Below are positions 41,985 to 57,093 of a stretch of 64,000 bases of DNA, piece after piece. Under the pieces are notes generated by a model. The model was not told the origin of the DNA. It ran no database searches and worked only from the letters and a program-made list of their open reading frames with translations. The translations under genes were made by a program, and so were the position numbers. Source of the stretch: the human T2T-CHM13v2.0 reference genome, Homo sapiens; assembly GCF_009914755.1 (NCBI RefSeq), contig NC_060936.1; one strand, given 5' to 3'. Numbering within the stretch: position 1 is the stretch's first letter; every line of letters begins with the position of its first letter.

Positions 41985-42125
41985 ATTTATTAAGAGCTCT
42001 TTATATCCAAAGCACTATTCTCAATGAATTGCATGTACTAACTCATTGAATATAGCAATCCTATAAGCTAGGTATTATTATCCCTCCTTTACAAATGAGG
42101 CAATTAAAACCCTGAGAAGTTAACA
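41985..42125 (-). mobile_element. MIR fragment
   Basis: TAGGTATTATTATCCCTCCTTTACAAATGAGGCAATTAAA...GAGAAGTTAA. Confidence 0.75.
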
Positions 42126-43973
42126 AACATTCTTTTTAAATATTCTGTTTCATTTTCAAGCTTTATTGAGGTATAATTGACAAAATTGTATAAAGTATAC
42201 AATATAATGGTTTGATATACCTATATATTATGAAAGGATTACCACAATCAAGTTAGTTAAAAGATCTCTCACCTAACCTAGTTACCATTTTGTGTGTTTG
42301 TGTGTGTGTGTGTATTTGTGAGGTGACAACATTTAAGGTCTACTCTGTTGGCAAATTTCAAATGTAAAATACAGTATTGTTAACTTTAGTCAGCATGCTG
42401 TGCATTAGCTCCCCAGAGCTTCTGCTTATATTTTGTATCCTTTGAACTTCTCATTTCCCCCAAGCCCCATCCCCTGGCAACATCCATTCTACTCTTAATT
42501 TCTGAGTGATATTTTTCAATTCCACATATAAGCAGGATTATACATCATTTGTATTTCTCTGTGTGACTTATTTTACTTAGCATAATGCCTTCAAGTTTCA
42601 TCCATTTCATCACAAATAGCAGGATTTCCTTATTTTTTTCCTTGGATATGGCTGAATACAATTTGTGTGTATGTATGTCTGTGTATATCTCACAATTTTT
42701 TAGTTTGTCTTGGCTATTGTGAATAATGTGAACTGAACATGGGAGTGCTGGTATCTTTTCAACATACTGATTTTGTTTCCTTCAGATTTATACCCAGAAG
42801 CAAGATTGATGGATCATATGGTAATTCTATTTTTAATTTTTTGAAAAGCTTCATACTGTTTTCCATAATGGTTGTACCAATTTTTATTCCCATCAACAAT
42901 GCACAAGGGTTCCCTTTTCTCCACATCCTCATAAACATTTGTTATCTCTTGTTTTTTTTAGATAATAGCCATCCTAACAGGTGTGGGGTGAGAGTTCATT
43001 GTGGTTTTTATTTGTATTTTCTTTATGGTCACTTATATTGAATATATTTTCATGTATTTACTGGCCATCCATATGTCTTCTTTGGAAAAATATCAGTTCA
43101 AGCCCTTTGCCTGTTTCTTTAATTGGATTATTTGCTTTTATTCTATTGAGTTGTACGAGTTTCTAATATAGTTTTATTTTAACCATTTGTCAGGTATATG
43201 GTTTGAAAATATTCTCTACCATTCCATTGGTTGCTTTTTTATTTTGTTGATGTTTTTTTCGTTGTACAGAATCATTTTAGTTTGATATCGTCCACTTACT
43301 TACTTTTGCTTTTGTGGTTTGTGCTTTTAGTTTCATCTCCAAAAAGTCATTGCCAAGACCAGTGTCAAGGAGTTTTTCCCCTGTGTTTTCTTAAAGGAGT
43401 TTTGTGGTTTTATGATTTATATTTAAGTTTTAATTCTATTTTGAGTTAAATTTTGCGAGTTGTGTAAGATAGAGGTTCAATTTCATTCTTCTGCATGTGC
43501 ATATTCAGTTTTTCCAACACCATTTGTTGAAGAGACTCTCCTTTCCCCATTGTGTATTCTTGGCACTTTTATCAAATACTAGTTGACTATATATGCCTGG
43601 GTTTATTTTTCAGCTCTTCTTTCTATTCCATTGGTCTATGCATCTGTTTTTATGCCAGTATCATACTGTTTTGATTACTACAGATTTGTAATACAGTTTG
43701 AAATCAGGAAGTGTGATGTCTCCAACTTTGTTGTTCTTTCTCAAGATTACTTCTACTATTAGGGGTCTTCTGTGGTTCCATATGATAGGATTTTTTTTCC
43801 ATTTCTGTGAAAAATCTCATTAGGATTTTGATAAAGATTGCATTGAATCTATAGATAGCTTTGGTTAGTGTATGGCTATTTTTACAATATTAATTCTTTT
43901 GATCCATGAATAGAAGATATTTTTCCAATTGTTTATGTTGTCTTCAACGTCTTTCTTAAAAATTGTAGTTTTC

Positions 43974-44284
<311 letters not shown>

Positions 44285-45073
44285 TTATAGATTTGAGTCT
44301 ATTGTAAATGGTATTTTCTTAATTTCTTTTTTAGAAAGTTCATTGTTAGTATACAGAACTCTATTACTTTTCTATGTTGTTTTGCATCTTGCAACTTTAA
44401 TGAATTCATTTGTTAGTTCTCTCAGAGTTTTTTGGTGGAATCTTTAGGGTTTTCTACATATAAGATCATATTATATGCAAATAGAGATAATATAATTCTT
44501 CCTTTTCAATTTGGATGCCATGTATTTCTTCTTCTTGCTTGATGCTATCGCTAGAATTTCCAGTACTATATTGAATACAAGTGATGAGAGTGGGAATGCT
44601 TGTCACTTTCCTGATCTTAAAAGAATTCAGGTTTTCACTGCTGAAGATGATGTTAGCTGTGGACTTATCATCTATGACCATTATTATGTTGATGTACATT
44701 CATTCTATACCCAATTTGTTGAAGGTTTTTATCAAGAAAGAATGTGGAATTATGCTATATGCTTTTTGGGCATCTACTGAAATTATCATTACAGATTTTC
44801 ATTCTTCTTCCTGTTAATACGATGGGTTGTATTTATTGACTTGTTTATGCTGAACCGTCCTTACATTCCAGGGATAAATCAAAGCTGATCATGGTGTACG
44901 AAACTTTTAATGTGCTATTGAACTCAATTTGCTGTATTTTGAGAATTTTTGCATCTGTTCATCAGAGATATTGGCTGGTAATTTTCTTTTCTTGTATTGT
45001 CTTTATCCAATTTTCATATCAGGGTAATAATGGGCTCATAAAATGAGTTTGGAAGTGCTCCTTCTGTCTTCAA

Positions 45074-45419
<346 letters not shown>

Positions 45420-47868
45420 TAATTATTATTTAAATGTTTTGTAGAATTCATCAGCGAATACTGGGGATACTGGGACTCTCAGGGAATAAATTATTTGGCA
45501 AAGTTCACATGTGTAGTAATCTATAGTCTATCTGTTTTTCAAAGGTGCTATATGGTTTGGGCTTTTCTTTCTTGGGAGGCTGTTGATTACCAATTAAATT
45601 TCTTTATTCATCATTGTGCCTTTTTTTATGATTCAGTTTTCATAGGTTATATGTTTCCAGGAATTTATTCATTTTTTAGGTTGTCTAATTTGTTGATATA
45701 TGTTCATGGTAGATTTTGATGATTCTTTGTATTTCTGTAATATCAGTTATATCTCCTCTTTCATTTATAATTGTATTTATTTGAGTCTTCTGTCTCTATT
45801 TTCTGTTTTTTTTTTTTTTGGTTGGTCTAGGTAAAGTTTCATCAATTTTGTTTAGCTTTTCAGAAAACCATCCCTTCATTTTGTTGACCTTTTCAATTGT
45901 TTTTCTATTCTCTATTTCATTTATTTAATAAATAATACTTTATTTTTTTTTATTCTGCCAAATGTGGGCTTTGGTTGTTCTTTTTCTAGTTTTGTAAGGT
46001 ATAAAATTAGATTGCTTATTTTAGATCCTTCTGTTTTTCTTGTGGGCATTTATAGCTTTAAACTTTTCTTTTAGAACATTTTTGCTGCATTCCATAAATG
46101 TCATTTTTTCCATTTTTGTTCATATCACAATTTTTTATTTCTTTTGATTTTTTATTTAAATATCTCTTGTTTAGGAGTGTGTTGTTTAATATCCATATAG
46201 TTGAGAATTTTTCAATTTTCTTTTATTATTGATTTCCTATTTCATACCATTTTGGCCCAAAAAGTACTTGATTTTTTTTTTAGTCTTCTTGCAATTATTA
46301 AGAGATGTTTTGGGATCTAACATATGATCTTTCCTATGGAATATTTTATGTGTATTTGAGAAGAATGTGTATTTTGCTTCTGTTGGATGAAATGTTTTGT
46401 TTATATCTGTTAGGTAATTTGGTCTATAGTGTTGTTAAAAACCACTGTTTCCTTATTGATTTTCATGTGATTATCTATTCCTTGTTTCCTACTATTAAAA
46501 TTTCCTACTATTATAAAATTGCTATTTATGTCTCCTTTCAGTTCTGTTAGCATTTGCTTGATATATTTACATGTTCCAATGCTGGATGCATACGTATTTC
46601 AATTGTTATATCTTTTTGATGAATTCACCTCTTTAATATTATATATTTACCTTCTTTGTCTCTTATGACCATTTATCACTTCCACTTTATCTTCTCCGAT
46701 GTAAATTTAGTCACCCCTGCTCTCTTTTGATTTTCATTGCATGGAATATCTTTTTTTATTCCATCACTGTTAGACTATTTGTGTCCTTAAATCCAAAATG
46801 AGTCTTTTGTGGGCATCATGGTTCCTGGATTTTGTTTTTTAATCCATTTAGCCACTCTGTCTTTTGATTTGAGAATTTAATTCATTTACATTGAGAGTAA
46901 TAGATAAGGCCTTGCTATTGCCATTTTGCTGATTGTTTTCTGACTGTCGTTAATTTCCTTGTTCCTTTCTTCTTCTTTTTTTGTCTTCTATTGTGACTTG
47001 ATGACTTTTTTGTGGCAGCATACTTTGATTCCTTTCTGTTAAACCTTTCTTTATTTACTACAGATTTCCTTTATAGTTAATATATGGCTTAAATAAAATA
47101 TTTTATAGTTATAACGTCCTACTTAAGCTATAAAAACTTAACTTTGATCATGTAGAAAACTCCATAGTTTTACTTATTTCCCCCTTTTCATTTTAAGTTG
47201 TTGCTGTTACAGCTTACATTTGTTTTATTGTGTGTCCAATAACAAATTATTATAATTATCGTTATTTTTAATACATTTGTTTTTTACCTTTTATACCAAA
47301 GTTGAAAGTGATTTATGTATCACCATTACAGTATTAAAGAATTCTAAATCTAACTCTATATTTACCTTATCTGGTGTTATATATTCATATGTTTTTACAT
47401 TGTAATTAATGTTTTCATTTCAGCTTGAAGTAATCCATGTGGCATTTCTTGTAAGGCAATTCTAGTAGTGAGGAACTTCCTCAGTTTTTGTTCATTTAGA
47501 AAAGCCTTTATCTCTGTCTTCATGTCTATAGAATAGCTTTGCTATGTATAGTATGGTTGACTGGAAGATTTTTTTCTTTCAATATTTTAAACATATCACC
47601 CCACTGTCTGCTGAGGTTTCTGCTGAGAAATACTCTAATAGTCTAATTGAGGCTCCTTTCTATGTGATGTCACTTTTCTCTTGTGCTTTCAAAGTTCTCT
47701 CTTTGTCTTTCACTTTTGGCAATTTTATTACAATGTGTTTCAGTGTAAATAAACCTTTTTAGATTAAACCTATTTAGGACTATTTGGGTCTCATGAATCT
47801 GGATGTCCATTTCTCACCCCAAATTTGGAGAATTTCTTTAAATAGACTTTCTGCACTTTCTGCAACTT

Positions 47869-47898
47869 TCTCTCTCTCTCTTTCTCTCTCTCTCTCTC
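47869..47898. repeat. (CT)n microsatellite
   Basis: Seen directly. Confidence 0.85.
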
Positions 47899-50472
47899 CC
47901 CTCTTATTTCCATAATATATAGTTTTGCTTGATGGTATGCCTTAAGTCTTGCAGATTTTCTTCACTCACTTCTTTTTGTTATTCTTTCTTTTTGCTATTC
48001 TTCCTGGATAATTTCAAACAACCTGTCTTCAAGTTCACTGACTCTTTATTCCACTTGAGTGTGCTATCATGGGTCTCTATTCAAAATTTCAGTTTAGTCA
48101 TTGTGTTCTTCAGCTCTTAATTTTTTTCTCTCTATAGTTTAAAAATATTTATCTTTCTTTGTTGAACTTGCAGTTTTGTTCATTTATTGTTTTTCTAATT
48201 TTGCTTAATTTCCATGTTTTCTTGTAGTTCACTGAACTTCATTTAAAGGGTTTTTCTTGATTCTTTGTTAGTCAGTTCATACATCTCCATTTCTTTAGGG
48301 TCAGTTATTGTAGCTTTATTAATTTACTTAGTGGTATATTGTTTCCTTGATCCCTGCATTGGTATGCGTACATTTGAGGAAATGGCCACCTCTTCCAGCC
48401 CTTAGACATTTACTTTAACAGAGAAAGTCCTTCTCTAGTCAGTTCAACCTGTGCTTCTGGATGGGCCAGCTGGTAGCATTTACAGGCAGGTAGGGCTAAC
48501 TGTCAAGATCTCTTATTTGGTAGGGCCACCGTCCATGCTCTCAGTTTAGGTTTGACCACTGGCTGACTCCATAGTCAGGCAGGGCTGCTGGATGAGCTCT
48601 GCATTCAGGCTTGGCTCCACAATCACCTTTGGTCAAATGGGGTCACAGTCTATACTCCCTGCCCATGTGGTGCTGCTAGTTGGACTCAGCAATTGGACTG
48701 AGCTTCAGAATGGGTTCCATTATCACGCCAAGCTAGCTGGGGCCCCAGGATGTGCTCCCCAGCCAAGTAGTGCTGCTGGCTTCTTGCTACATTTTCAGGA
48801 ATGGGCTGCAGTCTGGGCTCTATGATTGGTCAGAGCGTCAGACTGTGCTCTACAATTGGGTGAGACCACAGGCTCTGCCCTGTGTTTGGGTATGGTCACT
48901 GACTAGTTTCCCTGCGCTGTGCATGTCCACTGGCTGACCAAGGTAACTGATTGCAAACTTAGGAAATTGAAGTTCATCAAGCTTTTCTGGAGTATAAGTT
49001 CTTTCATTCATCCCCTCATTGGTTGATTTATCAATCTTTATTAAAGGCAAGTTCATATTCTTGCCAGAATCTTGACTCTTAGGAATTACCTTGCAAAGTA
49101 GGCTTAGCCCTTATACAGAAGAGGGCCCTAGGACTCTCAGGGAATAAGTTACTTGGCAAAGTTTACATATGTACTAATCAGCAATCTCTCTGCCTTTTCC
49201 AAGATGCACCTTTTCCATTACACTATTTAGCAACTTTGTGGAAGGCTGGGTAAAGACATGGAGGGACTTAGGTGTAAATGCACTGATCTTTTTTCATTCA
49301 TGTAATGTGTTTCTACAACTATTCTTTTAATTTATATCTCCATTTATAGCTGTATAGCACAAGAACGTGTTAAGAAAGGGCTACTACTAAAGAATACACA
49401 AAAGTACTTAGGTTATTTGCTAACAAATGCATTATACTGATATAGAATAAAGCTGGTCTTTTTTTGCCAGTTTTCATTTTGCAGACAAAAATAAAATGAT
49501 TCATAACCTTTTCATATGTTTTTTTCTCTTTGGGATTTTCCCTAGAAAGGTAGTAAATGAACACAATGTATTTATTTAAGTGCAACATAAGTGAATTCCA
49601 TTTTTATGATATTATGATTTTGTAATGCATTGAGCCTCAGATATGACTGTTCAACACCTGATTATGCTTCTAGGTCCTCAGTTGTGTGAGGCCAGTGAAA
49701 TAGGACCTTCTGTGCCTTTTTGCTCTTTAGAGCACTGAATGAGGACTTTGGCACCTAATTTGGAATTTTGGAGCACACTATTTCATCAGTTTTTGCCATG
49801 TAGATGCTCCAGAAATTTGCCTCCCTTCTGCCAGGGAAATGACTCCAGCAAAGCTGTTCTGTGGAGGCACTCTGAGAGAAAGAAGGCAGAAAATCCGAAA
49901 AGAAATATGAAAAGCAATGTAATGTGCTGAGCATTTTAAAGTTGTCAATAGAAATAAATACTTTCATATATTTATGGTAAAAGCACCAACTTAAATAAAA
50001 ATGTATGTTTTAGAATACATTCATAAGCACCAAGTCATACTGAGTTTTCATGATTAGCAAAGATAAATGTTTCAAAGAACTTCAGAGCCCAGAAGGATCT
50101 GAGTAAACTCCTTCTCCTGCAGAATCAGTTAGAAAACCCCTCCTTTGTATGGCTTTCTCCTTTAACATGGATTCATAACTCTGTTATTAATGTTTGCTAT
50201 TACTTTGTATGTTTGTATTGTAATACTTACTATACCATATTATAGATAAATGTTTCCCCATAAGTTTTAATTTTGTCAAAACATAATGAGATATTTGTAG
50301 CTGATTTACATTAGTGCAAGTTTTAGAAGACTAATGCAGACACCAGAATGTTACTTTATTTATCAAAAAGTATTGAGGATATATGGGAAAACCTTTTCAT
50401 GGAATAGAGTAGTCAATTTCTTGTCTTCAAACTACCTCCTTGGAGGCTCCTGTAATAATCAGTTCATCATGA

Positions 50473-50661
<189 letters not shown>

Positions 50662-51534
50662 TGACTTTTTTTGAGACAGGGCCTCACTCCCATCACCTAG
50701 GCTGCTAATTCATTTATTAAATAACAACAAAAAGTCATTTGAATAATGTTTTTGCAAAAGGTAATCAGTTTATAAATCTTTTTCCATTCACTCTGGAGAC
50801 TTTTTTAAAGGCTATTTCTTCCAGGTACAGAAAAACATGGTAGACATCTGTACCACTCACAGTATAAACAATGCTAGTAATATCCTCCTTACTCAGTGTT
50901 TTTCTTCCCTTTAACAACACTAGATTTAACACAGACAGAAACTTTATTTTACGGGTTTCCTGTTTTTTGACTCAATATAGATCAAATTAATACTGTCTTC
51001 AAAGAGAATTCAGTAGTGCTGGATTATTTTAAGTTGTTACAATCAGTTACTTTTCCAATAGAGTAGAATTGATCTTGGAGAGACCCAGATGTCCTCCGCT
51101 CTTGGAATGGGTTACTTCCTAGGACAGCACATCCTAGCTACTGTGAGTATACTATAACTGTTGACTCTCTCTTATTTCTTGGCTTGTGAGGCCCTTTTCT
51201 TAGCTCTCAAAAGGTTGTATAGTGTAAGGCAAAAAGGACAGGCTCTGCCAAAGTCATCATATGTTGACTGGAATCATGCATCTCCTATTAACTCAACTGT
51301 GTGCCCTGGGTGAGACTCAATTTCACCCAGGAAAAGGGAAATAATAATACTAGAAGTAACAGCAATGCCCAACTCCAGGGGCTTTAAGATTAAAGGTGGT
51401 GTATGCTAAACACTTGGAATCCTGCCTGGTACTTGGCAGGAATTCAGTAAGTGAAGGCTTTCCTCTTACTACTGCTTACAGATAAGATACACCTGATTGC
51501 ATTAGAAAGTACAATGATGAATCCTACATTCTCA

Positions 51535-51974
51535 ATTTACTCATTCATTCAATAACCACTTAGCACCTACTTGATGCCAACTATGATTTACAACACTGAT
51601 CCCCTGCAGCATTTAAAAAATGGAAAGTATTTCTAGTGGGGAGAGACAGACCATGAACAAAATGTGTAAGGAAATAATACTGTATAGTAGAATATGATAA
51701 GTACCTTAAAGGAAAACAAAGCAAGCTTCAGGTGATAGGAAATTCTGGGGAGGAGTTGCACAATTAAAAAGGAAGATCAGAAAAACAAGGCAACACTTGA
51801 GCCAAAGAATGAAGGAGGCAATGGACATGGCCTTGCAAATGTCACAGGGGAAAGGCATTCCAGACAGAAGGAACAGCCAAAGCGAAGTAAAATGGACATG
51901 CTATTAGCCTATTTGAAGGCCAATGTTCTAGAACAGAATGAACAAGGAAAACACAGCAGAAAGTAAGGTTGAAG
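51535..51974 (-). mobile_element. L2 fragment (left of L1PA insertion)
   Basis: TCATTCATTCAATAACCACTTAGCACCTAC tail; GGCATTCCAGACAGAAGGAACAGC body. Confidence 0.75.
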
Positions 51975-54930
51975 AAAAGGGAAGATTCAAATAAACATCA
52001 TCAGAAACAACAAAGGGGATATTACCACTGGCCCCACAGAAATATAAACAACCATCAGGGAATATTATAAATGCCTCTATGCATATAAACTAGAAAATAT
52101 AGAATAAATTAGTAAATTCCTGGGCACATACACCCTTCCAAGACTGAACAAGGAAGAAACTGAATCGCTGAACAGAGCAACAATGAGCTCTGAAATTTAG
52201 TTAGTAATAAGTAGCCCACCAACCAAAAAAAGCCCAGGACCAGATGGATTCATAGCTGAATTCTACCAGATGTACAAAGAAGAGTTGGTACCATCCCTGC
52301 TATTCCAAAAAGTTGAGGAGGAAGGACTCCTCCCTAACTCATTCTATGAGGCTAGCATCATCCTGATACCAAAACCTGGCAGAGGTACAACAAAAAAAGA
52401 AAACTTCAGGCCAATAACCTCGATGAACATACATACAAAAATCCTCAACAAAATACTGGCCAACCAAATCGAGCTGCACACCAAAAAGCTCATCTACCAC
52501 AATCAAGTAGGCTTTATCCCAGGGATGCAAGGTTTATTCAACATACACAAATCAGTAAATGTGATTCCTCACATAAACAGAACTAAAGACAAAAACTGCA
52601 TGATTGCCTCAATAGGTGCAGAAAAGTCTTCGATAAAATTCAGTATCTATTCATGTTAGAAATTCTCAATAAACTAGGTATTCAGGAAATATACCTCAAA
52701 ATAATAAGAGCCATCTAAGACAAACCCAAACCAACATCATACTGAATGGGCAAAAGCAGGAAGCATTCCCCTTGAAAACCAACACAAGACAAAGATATTC
52801 TCTCTCACTACTTCTGCTCAACATAGTACTGGAAGTCCTGGCTAGGGCAATCAGGCAAGAGAAAGAAATAAATTGCATTCAAATACGAAGAGAAGAAGTC
52901 AAACTTTGGCAAAAATTGAATAAAATACCTAGGAATACAGATAACTAGGGAGGTGAAAGATCTCTACAATGAGAACTACAAACCACTGCTCAAAGAAATC
53001 AGAGATGACACAAACAAATTGAAAAACATTCCATGCTCATGGATAGGAAGAATCAATATTGTTATAATGGCCACACTTCCCAAAGCAATTTATAAGTTCA
53101 ATGCTATACCTATTAAACTACCATTTGCATTCTTTATAGAACTAGGAAAAACTATTTTAAAATACATATGGAATCAAAAAAGAGCCTGAATAACCAAGGG
53201 CAATCCTAAGCAAAAAGAACAAAGCTGGAGGCATCACAGTACCCAACTTGAAACTATACCACAGGGATACAGTAACCAAAACAGGGTGGTACTGGAACAA
53301 AAAGTGACACATAGACCAATGGAACAAAATAGAAAACCCAGAAGTAAGACTGCACACCTACAACTATCTGATCTTCATCAAACCTAACAAAAACAAGCAA
53401 TGGGGAAAGGATTCCCTATTCAATAAATGATGCTGGGATAACTGGTTAGCCATATGCAGAAGATTGAAACTGGACCCCTTCTGTACACCACTTACAAAAA
53501 TTAACTCAAGACAGATTAAACACTTAAATTTAAAATCCCAAGCTAAATCCTGGAAGACCACCTAGGCAATATCATTCAGACATAGGCACGAGCAATGATT
53601 TTATGATGAAGACACCAAAAACAATGGCAATAAAATCAAAAATTCACAAATAGGATCTAATTAAACTAAAGAGCTTCTGCACAGCAAAATGAACTATCAA
53701 CAGAGTACATAACCTAAAGAATGGGAGAATATTTTTTCAAACTATTCCTCTAACAAAGGCTTACTGTCCAGCATCTATAAGGAACTTAAACAAATTTACA
53801 AGAAACAAACAACCCCATTAAAAAAAGTGCATAGGCCGGGTGCAGTGGCTGATGCCTGTAATCCAAGCACTTTGGGAGACTGAGGCGGGTGGATTGCCTA
53901 AGCTCAGGAGTTTGCAACCAGCCTTGGCAAAATGGTGAAACCTCATCTGTACTAACATACAAAAAAATTAGCCAGGCGTGGCAGCGTGTGCCTGTAGTCC
54001 CAGCTACTTGGGAGGCTGAGGCAGGAGTATAGCTTGAACGCTGAACCCAGAAGGTGAAGATTGCAGGAAGCCGAGATCGCACCACTGCACTCCAGCCTGG
54101 GTGACAGAGCAAGACTCCAACAACAACAACAACAACAAAATGGGCATAGGCCATGAACAGACACTTTTCAAAGGAAGACATACAGCGGCCAACAATCATA
54201 TGAAAAAAAGCACAACATCACTGATCATTAGAGAAATGCAAATCAAAACCACAATGAGCTACCATCTCACACCAGTCAGAATGGCTATCATTAAAAAGTC
54301 AAAAAATAACAGATGCTGGTGAGGTTGTGGAGAAAAAGGAACACTTATACACTGACGGTGTTGGTGTAAATTAGTTAAATCATTGTGGAAGACAGTGTGA
54401 TGGTTCCTCAAGACCTAAAGACAGAAATACCATTTGACCCAGCAATCCCATTACTGGATATATTCCCAAAGGAGTATAACTCACTCTATTATATAGATGC
54501 ATGCATATGTTCCTTGCAACACCATCCACAATAGCAAATACATGGAACAAACTTAATTGCCTATCCATGTTAGACTGGATAAAGAAAATGTGGCACATAT
54601 ACACCATGGAATATTATGCAGTCATAAAAGAATGAGATAATGTCCTTTGCAGGGATATGGGTGGAGCTAGAGGACATTACCATTAGCAAACTAACACAAG
54701 AACAGAAAACCAAATACCACATGTAATGATGAGACCACATGGATCAATAGAGGGAACAACACACGCTGGGGCCTATTAGAGCATGGAGGGTGGTTGGAAG
54801 GAGAGGGTCAGGAAAAATAACTAATGGATACTAGGCTTAATACTTGGGTGATAAAATAATCTTACAAGTTTACCTATGTAACAAACTACACATGTTCCTC
54901 TGAGCTTAAAATAAAAGATTAAAAAAAAAA
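51975..54930 (+). mobile_element. 5'-truncated L1PA (about PA11-13) with internal deletions
   Basis: ORF2 remnants ([24 protein letters not shown]); 3' UTR GTCAGGAAAAATAACTAATGG; AATAAA plus poly-A; degenerate TSD AAAGTAAGGTTGAAG / AAAGGAAAGTTGGAG. Confidence 0.92.
53834..54138 (+). mobile_element. AluS with (CAA)n tail, nested in L1PA
   Basis: GGCCGGGTGCAGTGGC start; dimer; CAACAACAA tail; GCATA-ending flanks on both sides. Confidence 0.93.
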
Positions 54931-54944
54931 AGGAAAGTTGGAGG

Positions 54945-55335
54945 AATCGCAAGAGCCAAATTTTGAAGCATTTTGTAGGCCACTGTCAAGACTTTGGCTT
55001 TTACTGTAATTGAAATGTAAGCTACTGGAGGATTTTGAGCAAATCTCTTGTGATATCTGCTTTACCTTTTTCTAATTTGATTGCTGTTTTGAGAATAGAC
55101 TGTAAGGAACCAAAAGTGGAAGCAAGCATACATTTCAGAAACTATTGGAGTAGTATAGGTGAGAAACTGTCAAGTGGTAAAGAATGGAGATGGTGAGAAA
55201 TGTTCAGAAACAGCATAATTTGGAAGACAGATTCAGGATTGGATTTTGTGTAGGAGAGAGAAAAAAAGTCAAGAGTGTCTATAAAGTTTTTGATTAAAGC
55301 AATTAAAAGGATGGAGCTTCCATTCACTGAGTTTA
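54945..55335 (-). mobile_element. L2 fragment (continuation right of L1PA)
   Basis: TTGTAGGCCACTGTCAAGACTTTGGCTTTTACT...GAGGATTTTGAGCA...ATGGAGCTTCCATTCACTGAG. Confidence 0.78.
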
Positions 55336-57093
55336 TGTATCTTTGGCAGTTACCTTCAAATATTAGGTATCTTTTTTGTGTATTCATCTTATTTTTAAAG
55401 CTATCATGAGTTTTTAAGAGTAAGGACAGTGTACTATGTCTTCTTCACGTATACTCATGGTACTTTTCTCTCTGGATGGTAATAAGCAAATATCAATGAC
55501 TAACTGATTGGCTTGTCAGTGACACTGATGAAACTTGTCATAAAGTTGGCTGTGATGGCTGAGATAATTTCACATGTCATAGGCAGAGATGGTTATGGTT
55601 GGATAGTTAAATGTCTCTGCAGGTACTTAAGATTATATGAAAAAGTAGGAGAAAATAAATGTTAGTTCAAACTAAGAATTTTGACTCCTTTTAAAATGCT
55701 TAGATCTAAAATGGAGTGTACTCGAAAGGCCCATGATAAGATATAAAAAATACTGTAAATGAGAATATTAATATGTTCCTAAGTGAAGCAACATCTAATT
55801 ATAGTTAGTAAATTTAAATTAATATTTAAAATGCTAAAAACACATCCTGTTTTATCACCAAAATCCTTTAAAGGCATTCTCTAGGCTTTTAAATGAAGCC
55901 CAAATTTGTAACAAAAGATGATCTGCAAATGTAAGCAAGTAGAGCATGCCATTCCAGAATTTATAAATGAAAGGGAATTTAGAAAGTAGCTAGTTAATGG
56001 CTAAGGGAGATTTAAATCCATATTTACTTGTTCCTGGACCAGTCATCTACTATACCATGTTTATCTTGACTTTAGTCTGTCTTAATTTTCATGAGATTTA
56101 GAGATTATCTAGTGCAATCTACTCTGCAATCTGTCACTCCCTCAGCAATGTAGATGTAATATTAGAAATGAAGTGATTTGAATGTCTACTGAGATACTTG
56201 ACAATCTCTGTAGCATCATGTGGCCCCAGGTTTCCATACACTATTCCCTGTTTATGGACTATGACTTGTCAATTCTTAACCCTCCAGCTCTCCTTTGCTA
56301 TTGCCCTTCGTGCTGGGCACAAAGAGGTCAAATGGAAGTTGGACTCACCTGGAAGAGTGATCAGACATTTCCACTTGTGGGTTCTGCTGGATTTTACCAC
56401 CTTCTGCAAAACACTGAGTGTAGTCATGACATTCACCATTACATTCAGAGTACAAATAATCCAGTCTTAAGCACTTTGGGATTTCAGTAGCCTCTTAGGT
56501 AATGTCGAAAAGGACAGATTATTCTTAAAATAAGATAAATTAATGGCTAAAAGCCAATAATTCAACAATTGGCATGTCAGTTGCAAAGTAAGGGTGGTAA
56601 ATCTTGGGTAGGTGCCTGAGATTAAAACCCTTTTTACAGTTGAGGGCCGTGATAATTTCAATAACATTAATTTACAATTGACAAATTGTGTACTCTTAAC
56701 ACTGATAATCTAGCCATTTATTAGACTTTAAGAGCAGGAGTAATTAAGTATTACTGCCCAGAAGAGTTGCTAGGGTGTTATTTATAAACACAATGAGTAT
56801 AAAAAACAACTTTTTATGTTCAAATGAATATTAATTATTTCTTCATTAAATGCAGCCTGAGATATCTGCGTTAATGTTTTTGCTATACCATTTTATTTCC
56901 GAAGTTGATTGGGCTGCTCATTTGTCATTGTTGTTCTATTTTGTTTTGCTCCCCACCCCTAACCAACCCATATGAACTTCTAAGGGGTGAGAACAAACTA
57001 GAGGGTATTTTCTGAAAGAAAGAATTTTGCCCCATACTCTCTAAGTAAAATACTATTTTCACCTGGTAGTCTGGGGTTTGAGAACTCCTAAGC

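Noticed and set aside
52270-53189. ORFs resembling reverse transcriptase
   Set aside because: Frameshifted and deleted remnants of L1 ORF2, not a functional CDS
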